From an uncultured Planctomycetia bacterium (GTDB lineage Bacteria > Omnitrophota > Gorgyraeia > 2-02-FULL-51-18), in assembly GCA_964606485.1 (NCBI GenBank), contig CAZSGP010000002.1, forward strand, positions 319,620 to 383,619: 64,000 nt of DNA, written 5' to 3'. The position numbers were made by a program, and so were the translations under genes. Shown here in pieces: positions 63,001-64,000 of this stretch; the stretch's first letter is position 1, and each line of letters opens with the position of its first letter. The notes beneath the pieces were generated by a model. The model saw nothing but the letters and a program-made list of their open reading frames with translations. It ran no database searches and was not told the DNA's origin.

Positions 63001-63630
63001 CTCAAATTGGAGCAGTTCTTTGGGGTAGAGCTTCGACTTGATCTGATCTTCCGCACGCTGAATAGCGTGGAGATAATCGAGTATCTTTTCCCGGCGAGTG
63101 GCCAAATCGCCGTAACTTTGAACACTTTTTAAATAGAGCTCCTGATCCTCAAGTCCCATAATTTTCATTGGATGCTCGCTTGTTAAATTTAAATATTCCT
63201 CCCCCGAAATTTTTCCAAGCAGTAAATATTTTTTAGCAATCCGTTTCCAAACAGCGGGTGTCGCGATTTTTTTGAGTGCTGTCAGCGAGCAGTCATCGAT
63301 ACCACCCTCCGACAACACTAGCTTGATTCCATACTTTGACATCAGAAAATCAAGTGCGCCCGAGAGATTCTGTTGTCCCGAAAAATTGGCATGCGCGTCT
63401 TCGATTTGGATAATCAACTTTCCCCCGGACGCTTTAGAAACCTCTTTGAGCGAACAAAATTCGGTGGGTACGTCTAGCTGCTGTGGCTCCGCTAAAAGCG
63501 AGGTAAGTAGCGGCGGTGAAACAGGCGTCGCCCCAATTTCAGTCCCGGCAAAACCAAGCTCTTGCAAAAAGAAAGCGAAAGCTAAAACTAAGCTGACAAG
63601 GCGAACCGTTAGGCACTGTCTGTTTTTCAT
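48070..63630 (-). CDS. Giant multidomain protein (5186 aa): signal peptide, Tiki/TraB-like domain, kinase-like domain, two FHA domains, Pol-beta nucleotidyltransferase, ATP-grasp-like segment, three TM blocks, HEAT-repeat array, SAM-MTase-like segment
   Basis: A single uninterrupted 15.56-kb ORF in a roughly 50% GC genome. Several independent domain signatures were recognised by eye (detailed in the sub-features). Confidence 0.75.
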   Translation of the reverse strand: MKNRQCLTVRLVSLVLAFAFFLQELGFAGTEIGATPVSPPLLTSLLAEPQQLDVPTEFCSLKEVSKASGGKLIIQIEDAHANFSGQQNLSGALDFLMSKYGIKLVLSEGGIDDCSLTALKKIATPAVWKRIAKKYLLLGKISGEEYLNLTSEHPMKIMGLEDQELYLKSVQSYGDLATRREKILDYLHAIQRAEDQIKSKLYPKELLQFEKLYGAESSFEKKFKALLEMASQNKIELEKYPNAEKLVELSLQEKLIDFNLSNLELAALLEELRSSPQSLSGDQLDSRLRGNDNKLSRLGPILNTLNMAKVKGVNLEKFPHLEKYAEYLQFFSAIDLDVLLGEMEAIEDEVYLSVIASEAKQSSDTRLIRSIDRYLKLLKTAYQIQMTTKDFETFKANEPDFSTLSYLAFINRKLAELGYFEDLLVLEPVLDEGRKSLEAFYDTVSKRDFVFLQNAEKALAENNANAAFMIAGGYHTPHLKKLLSEKGYSIAVLTPVVTAETNQKKYEKLLLEPMHAEIKKVEMVQGESHADKPLSALEKDLLKSRQKNNDLRPVLTAPGARLAAAENRPSTLTELLSEAGATPQEVSAVVDDFKAAGARMAVSILEGIDPQDYEATVPYIYSNMDKILEMANLQNLKEVKIKKISYGGEGNYKYVLRMEIEASNKDGVLESHVIGIRFIKNGGEDTAKKEVQLFRKYNELNGVAIEVYGYIPLVMGIGEKPVKYTGFTVGEYVDLKNGVEIGAVTGITRDKYASVVETIVRAWLLISQANRYADTGITIGDLKPDNFVVKSKNEVSKVQYLDLGLPQYLDFNSLISKINLDMRKMFPGFGAEEAKNFNGISVAFDKFLEERNLSKEDLSKLKQSVQAVVTSPSFRRYPESIKSQIKLVLQRMDEVAPPSGSRLASLAPSDLFTTPLTANVPYFMTMTEDGARPLLRAGNTDFAIEKRGDEFILRKYAQVGDSRELDPSFQKLMTGKPFIAGRDASELSDPGISTRHFEIHLDASQGLPMVVVQDLESTNGTKVPPLQFVDMGWLADQSLFKKAVEDLSGKMNLTEMSEIEFFLRQSDDLKDASKAGKLGEFYELVASYRMPRDLYLPLIEIAAASRRTQDNEDMDSGETKVLSILRANLKDDDELILQTNVKKLKSDDFESALVSSNTYKKIIVEVIIGIDGNILSIGKASALKPGQYRLHLIRNLSAESGDGAFSYALDNSIPAQAKEAIKNIVEKMIDRFNVSLASPAGVNEEISLQADAPVEIGAEEGLAILAKTDIHGRSFKGEFLTTDLLRREGMIPKHRVNVDGQVLLFASNLFEMKDKRLAAIAYVKAGNRYVARTYYLSNSQALWRYLPSVYLDGLGEIDWYDKGFGEDSITLPFEIQVALNKISEQKKIVEIRDKRVQELIFAGTTRDYQNNYDLQGTYKMAIDRNAQRLKEGSLVMDRFGMVDSTKKPRPEDVRFTDPGDAPNFEGFDPKKDQTTMQTNLYGMVTARVFRSLNKNLRFIFMTDKDGRSWIGSIETTGKIGVLGLRAKWVKGGSFTTPAYEYRKQAREYAGQSHPSNTNYVDVSEKYLNRIPVIAEFRKRFGAPAATSTEPTTQEMFLGDGKFGYHLDGKNLVVTTTSGSPITLTPEKRYFVGRNPENEISIPGSTISRKHAEIFFEEGQWKIKISGVNGALHQGQSFDQGAVITLATVETDSDLMEFDVLARFGKKYHFRIFPTKEALSKIPPGKGRHVAKNVLIPGIEQNMGWKISNETDFKAAVASGEIVLLKIDGEMPEFVYKSALEKFMPVSGARLAEDPMAQHVQVYKDLKRDVEIEASAPEINRERQIKASTSMTSWLNQTVRLAAEAVSQKIGVDLNDFVVASYGSLARKDELVYFSDIDFKVIPVSAANKENAKKIHEAIKIQLEQWVDEYKLPDLDVDEGMKESLGDKYFLSLEELGGAKEIWAPFEKRYEPAIDADIEVPSNTPTTFRDIYFVAGSRDQYDQVLIQRIVANNLYGSSRSDHQKALLEELDSVQTPVISGAKELNIKLAVIRAIHFLVWHEKSRHPELRSFSSSFEVLERLPKSQKVIEEYALLLKFRGALKVASGQTDLVDEKSLRAVAQLWSRDAAEATPEQVQQKIRNAIADIYSYISEYFKNDPELSVTAPRLAADFGRSAEMAKRINFLKAAGARFASLSPANFSAASASMLVGALSAYTALGIPGVLCTALVYLGIIIAANSQNQLLRRMLPFTIGLFLALLPISTSHLLTQASIHYQESVESSQSPEASQAMAPAEPSPLKTVLTSPVAQNYQKVLEENEVVYYRYFKGLFDSKTVPNFVTAIAYNESGDLKTVRQRGGPAALLENVEPETMKTVLKWSSANPKLKQVLFDELSQENVLKLESLIENLKSIKTEMDEKTSKELVESVESIPDLKHKIVFLNLYRALNKRGIEAMDLVTAEKMADAYLVSWRPGQFIRGRVVLKMWMALQIFAAIKGDIAEAELIEDSRFSSKLDRAYEKIQGDRNAVRKEAKDWAKAKALAQESKKMVEAIQKDYSGDQFKKFLEEAVQAVQRELNLLNRNEIPKDRLPDGARMAEIPTHVLLGISIDENRLAYWGAGIIFGGITSLGLIYFGMPLFAAIIVGIDVLAAAVPLVAMSQLYLRQVFYEFHNPEMSAGPWAPGSSSEAAPKFDTSRKPDEVEFLNLFDEIPGTLIYVQSNYRDSYYTILVEPDQKLKIWLAGVNQPRIGKISHLLSHRTFKKEVLLNSVSEVKTLAGIISKNMSLALPYFTDSNKSSSTHWLTEPGQILVQRPTDALSSGARLSASEVPFDNLIQTFSRKYEMRRLLDGGPMIQPEYVVFGKRFVNGSWQGPEPFHIRLLEEQPVLELIPSGGSRTPRQLLDEIMSGARALPIVVKANSMSMGNGIFMIEKNQEGAFVITFADYRSIASDDQLQRVKAHFSFRKVPVLDKPSEEITQLVIDASREDAASRLREFWELFIGENYGVAETLSPVLRYHGKALELRTRYQFTVGGDVVLLKERDGDKNLSGWHSRVGSSSYFTFITGEAQTQKDYWPTIYAPLYEAAGISEGKKDGFSKQMDEQVKAEVRYLSQRLKAIGVPDGFELDGQIDLMWLPASGSEDYPRPVVIEAKLRPVGAAINRMVNVDLSALNSGARLSGTPTQNANLITKGEDSLKGPYIQLGSDKIYLSLLKDPTKDTELVSKALQDWAEKGIFREGVKFSVIAPNTIHIEPTNETVHLHAPIQFPHELNRVLAGARLSAGQAGMATSKETRLEDIAFTLFLRTTLLFTGLYALTAVKVFILMGPVPLLAAQIYFWLSDSSKPAVGEPVTTALQESVARVVNPLDSTCIETYFNLASTDKERIVARQAIDEYFQLSRDKKAAYRILARIQSERKAPANLSYLEKEILSDLLPALSIASPDIFDEKDMEYAHLLIKFPAKNTSTNYQMNNYIFLNNIARTSLSDVSKKARSVISQLKNDPEIGEIFRASMDWVDQSEGFGARMADVSIDKAREKHMKSIMTHGILSRRAIMEKRPDTIFAFSRDLDYPDAGGDLIYDDRVYGVAMPASKDVDQNLDRALGDRSPFSMLPVVVENDSTDEDVRERLNHTIIVMQIFKDAKLPYVRLGKTEVEREGSVSASAIDVFFVPETMLDMASRVMGNDFKKVIVVKKQKEITVDSKKETHRVIAPSFKEALAEYIAARPSGDSSYWMHAVRFPIQSDLEKISANQVGARMAGSDEIKKLIEDLKNEDGNIRVRSARTLAEMGPSAQEAIPALIEALKDKNLHLRRSAAIALGEIGPATKEVIPALIEALKDEEGYAYIALGKIGPAAKEAIPTLLERLKDESGVMRHGDVLTLGRIGAATKEVIPALIEASKDKDPTVRRNAATALGQIGPAAREVVPALIEALKDKDWLVRHYAAESLGKIGPAAQEAIPALVEASKDEDLGNSQAIVALGKIDPTAEEPIPALIEALKDKDRVVRRNAAITLGQIGPAAKEVIPALIEALKDEDPSVRLEAAFALGRIGPVAPNIALALIELLNDKYKIVSESAIQALGRMNNSSTRLISFLEAAYPYGKKYSLSGFEILRLADFLAEKDNEPVHWASDKEIYDLAVDAVAQNNEVALLPLAEIKDSWVGRITGSERTKKAKAAYDLAKKYVDSITPEDVYRKYFPEDLKEEFVPVVDRQLKNSVSQKFDAVASLADDAAKKHFNSLTSELDPIATLASEATEQVNKGSVANTLDNLNTLGRIAADSSAVKEVSEKDIEKITTEILKEHDYIEPREAFRLKRLVAKNLNAPIPQDLTLEGDEKLKGTMTGEVFETMTQELAEQWNGAETQVNRDGDLEILQDAFALTNTEKEKIKQKANEIAELKIKKTRSDAILKQIDAQVGQLTPREVDRSLKEGISAEAILSEKKPTTVVDEKVTEEPAKERRVEMEGARLSDLRSFYQLNKAALGAKKYRLYWIPLAGQASVWANFREVVRDLRLGILAVDEKSGALSLAVENFNLNQYLTDRRSRQVNDFLRDHPKDAKAEILVPIHTFNNNKNRTSFGTVQLKALPKDQVEFSIKKGWLSYVPFEAKGERLILTGAAPEQLMQELLAPRPMFAATAPLKEIAPDLAPNQQLVGVGARLALGKQGRMARLQELQKFYETQGDAFKDAEGAVADTSFYKPTDLKSIFEVFEKLLKEKGSLEGKQFFEMGSGDFRVSAVAAYLYGMKITAVEKDADISRAARDVLIQSKFWQLVPRDNFTFLGNTDALAVSWSQVDVFYFYYTQPSGLGVGKRESFQSALREKLGRELKPGAFAVMGQWGNHVGPYYPKAWGDPQQSELFTLKFKNKGALNGETAFKVYQVPDIEELVPTFKEIYGARLPSNEIKSMPSAFEASDTLLLARLADKVGAQFSKDELSRPFSFLTGITLVKFVDAGLAVELYRRGDVGEEARVFIGKLTFDEATREKAHKLNSESVAVLPRVVGQQIQMASPEVLELNSENERVTRLITRLYQKSGISNDRTVVLRIVTEKELSVEELSLYASKIKSVRAVAGSNVLLQFGTLAGERFLEYGASDALQGLARDQYEMVYFSKLSDAALKLAQADGAGAVVFENFGDGKSAIPFAASATFAVAAARLPSVTDTLKQMWNNLRSDSFSELLPAAFQAIKKVTTIDTQFYKKLSLKVLAVLDWAKFVEFAKTSLASIGASA
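49230..49593 (-). other. SAM-dependent methyltransferase-like segment (motif I)
   Basis: FFEMGSGDFRVSAVAAYLYGMKITAVEKD resembles MTase motif I (E/D-x-G-x-G) with an acidic residue at the end of beta2. Tentative. Confidence 0.3.
51486..52467 (-). repeat. About ten tandem HEAT (PBS-lyase-type) repeats, with a 93-bp periodic near-identical DNA repeat
   Basis: The 31-aa unit AIPALIEALKDKD..VRR.AA.ALG.IGPAAKE is repeated about 10 times. At DNA level, blocks such as GTCTTTTAA(C/T)GCTTCAATCAG.GCAGGGATG recur with a 93-bp period. Confidence 0.85.
53694..53823 (-). other. Internal hydrophobic (TM) block 3
   Basis: IAFTLFLRTTLLFTGLYALTAVKVFILMGPVPLLAAQIYFWL. Confidence 0.55.
54210..55023 (-). other. 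ATP-grasp-like segment of the giant protein
   Basis: ALPIVVKANSMSMGNGIFMIE (compare vvKP..gs.G.Gv) and later PVVIEAKLRP (compare viEvN..P). Tentative. Confidence 0.3.
55725..55869 (-). other. Internal hydrophobic (TM) block 2
   Basis: LAYWGAGIIFGGITSLGLIYFGMPLFAAIIVGIDVLAAAVPLVAM. Confidence 0.55.
56910..57078 (-). other. Internal hydrophobic (TM) block 1 of the giant protein
   Basis: MLVGALSAYTALGIPGVLCTALVYLGIIIAA...MLPFTIGLFLALLPI, two predicted helices. Confidence 0.55.
57180..58143 (-). other. Pol-beta superfamily nucleotidyltransferase domain (GlnE/GlnD/DUF294-like) plus helical region
   Basis: ASYGSLARKDELVYFSDIDFKV carries the GS...D.D NTase signature. Confidence 0.6.
58560..58779 (-). 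other. FHA domain 2 of the giant protein
   Basis: YFVGRNPENEISIPGSTISRKHAEIFFEEGQWKIKISGVNGALHQG. Confidence 0.55.
60540..60738 (-). other. FHA domain 1 of the giant protein
   Basis: FIAGRDASELSDPGISTRHFEIHLD...VVVQDLESTNGTKV matches the FHA consensus (GR..D..l.d..vSR.Ha.i...........DlgStNGT.vN). Confidence 0.7.
61140..61713 (-). other. Protein-kinase-like domain (non-RD; catalytic D/K/N retained) in the giant protein
   Basis: Gly-rich loop ISYGGEGNYKYVL, catalytic-loop-like IGDLKPDNFVV (compare HRDLKPEN), and DLG in place of DFG (YLDLGLP). Confidence 0.5.
62546..62574. repeat. Single arm of the family-2 REP-like element (GTCATTGCGAGCGAAGCGAAGCAATCC), in-frame in the giant gene
   Basis: It matches the arm of the 13788..13862 palindrome and encodes VIASEAKQS within the giant protein. 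Confidence 0.6.
62749..62808. repeat. Family-1 double-hairpin REP-like element inserted in-frame inside the giant gene (copy 3)
   Basis: GTCATTCCCGCGCAAGCGGGAATCAAGTTGATCCCCGCTTAAAGATTGCGGGGATGAC. In the gene frame it encodes SSPQSLSGDQLDSRLRGND; the opposite strand gives SFPRKRESS. Confidence 0.8.
63544..63630 (-). other. Predicted N-terminal signal peptide of the giant protein
   Basis: MKNRQCLTVRLVSLVLAFAFFLQELGFAG: basic n-region, hydrophobic core and an A-x-A-like end. Confidence 0.6.
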
Positions 63631-63812
63631 AATTTTTTTATCATTATTAACTATTAATTAACTTCCTTATTATAAATTTTACATGAGATTTTAGCCATTT
63701 CAAGGCCTGGAGCCACTTTTTTAAGGTCTATAACCAATTGAAAACAAAGGGGTTATTGTGCTAGAATGCCATTCATAGCAACTTGTGACTTGAGCAAAGG
63801 AAAAAACAAGCA
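63631..63812. promoter_or_regulatory. AT-rich divergent promoter region between the giant gene and the hldD-like gene
   Basis: 182 bp at over 70% AT. Contains the palindrome TTAACTATTAATTAA and several TATAAT-like hexamers. Confidence 0.4.
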
Positions 63813-64000
63813 ATGGTCGTTGTGACGGGCGGGACTGGTTTTATTGGAAGTGTTCTGGTGTGGAAGCTCAACCAGATCGGGATTCGGGATATTTTAGTCG
63901 TCGACCAAGACGTCCATAACCCCTCAAAACTCATTAACCTTAAGAACCACGCCCACACTGAACGCATCGAATCAGGCGCATTTCTCGATGCGCTCGAAAA
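63813..64000 (+). CDS. hldD: ADP-L-glycero-D-manno-heptose-6-epimerase-like NAD-dependent epimerase (5' partial)
   Basis: ATG at 63813. The translation MVVVTGGTGFIGSVLVWKLNQIGIRDILVVDQ closely resembles the HldD/RfaD N-terminus ([31 protein letters not shown]). It runs off the window end. Confidence 0.55.
   Translation, partial: MVVVTGGTGFIGSVLVWKLNQIGIRDILVVDQDVHNPSKLINLKNHAHTERIESGAFLDALE

Larger units (their letters stand above)
62130..63423 (-). other. Tiki/TraB/GumN/ChaN-like domain (putative metalloprotease/hydrolase fold) in the giant protein
   Basis: N-terminal motif KLIIQIEDAHANF..GIKLVLSEGG and C-terminal motif AFMIAGGYHTPHL resemble the paired GxxH motifs of the TraB/Tiki superfamily. 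Confidence 0.4.

Noticed and set aside
48070-63630. Giant ORF as an NRPS/PKS or RTX/Ig-repeat adhesin
   Set aside because: No condensation (HHxxxDG), adenylation, KS (DTACSS) or ACP/PCP serine motifs. No Ig/cadherin/RTX nonapeptide repeats. The composition is globular multi-domain and not repetitive, apart from the HEAT array.
63773-63967. Listed minus-strand 64-aa ORF
   Set aside because: The plus strand here encodes a clear HldD-like Rossmann N-terminus (MVVVTGGTGFIGS) starting at 63813. The minus-strand ORF is a shadow.

Overview
The window is 64 kb from a Gram-negative-type bacterium (LPS heptosyltransferase and HldD-like genes are present), with GC near 50%. It is densely coding and almost all genes lie on the minus strand. 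The first 48 kb is largely housekeeping, with two accessory-looking clusters: a candidate sulfide/persulfide-sensing ArsR-rhodanese-CoADR cluster and a cyclopropane-fatty-acid lipid-remodelling cluster.

Recognisable housekeeping genes, in window order:
- a class III aminotransferase, trxB, an SPFH protein, gltB-gltD with a ferredoxin
- LPS-core glycosyltransferases, pepA, a DHH phosphoesterase (NrnA-like), a MoeZ-like MoeB+rhodanese
- queG, a tandem-duplicated ThyX-like thymidylate synthase, a sulfite/nitrite reductase hemoprotein
- metH, and a nadA-nfu-sufU-sufS-sufD-sufC-sufB-rrf2-iscA Fe-S cluster operon.

The last 15.6 kb (48070..63630, minus strand) is one uninterrupted ORF of 5186 codons, and this is the main finding. 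It encodes a mosaic giant protein with:
- an N-terminal signal peptide and a Tiki/TraB-like domain
- a protein-kinase-like domain, two FHA domains and a Pol-beta-type nucleotidyltransferase domain
- an ATP-grasp-like segment and three internal hydrophobic (TM) blocks
- an array of about ten tandem HEAT repeats and a SAM-methyltransferase-like segment.

A short motif G-A-R-[L/M]-[S/A] recurs about 14 times along the giant protein with varying codons. Several copies sit immediately before the TM blocks, the NTase domain and the HEAT array. I regard this giant multidomain protein as a candidate undescribed system.

Two families of palindromic REP-like elements occur. Both have in-frame copies inside the giant gene. 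A third family of ~110-nt multi-hairpin repeats sits in intercistronic gaps of the suf operon and supplies the ribosome-binding sites of nadA, nfu and sufC.
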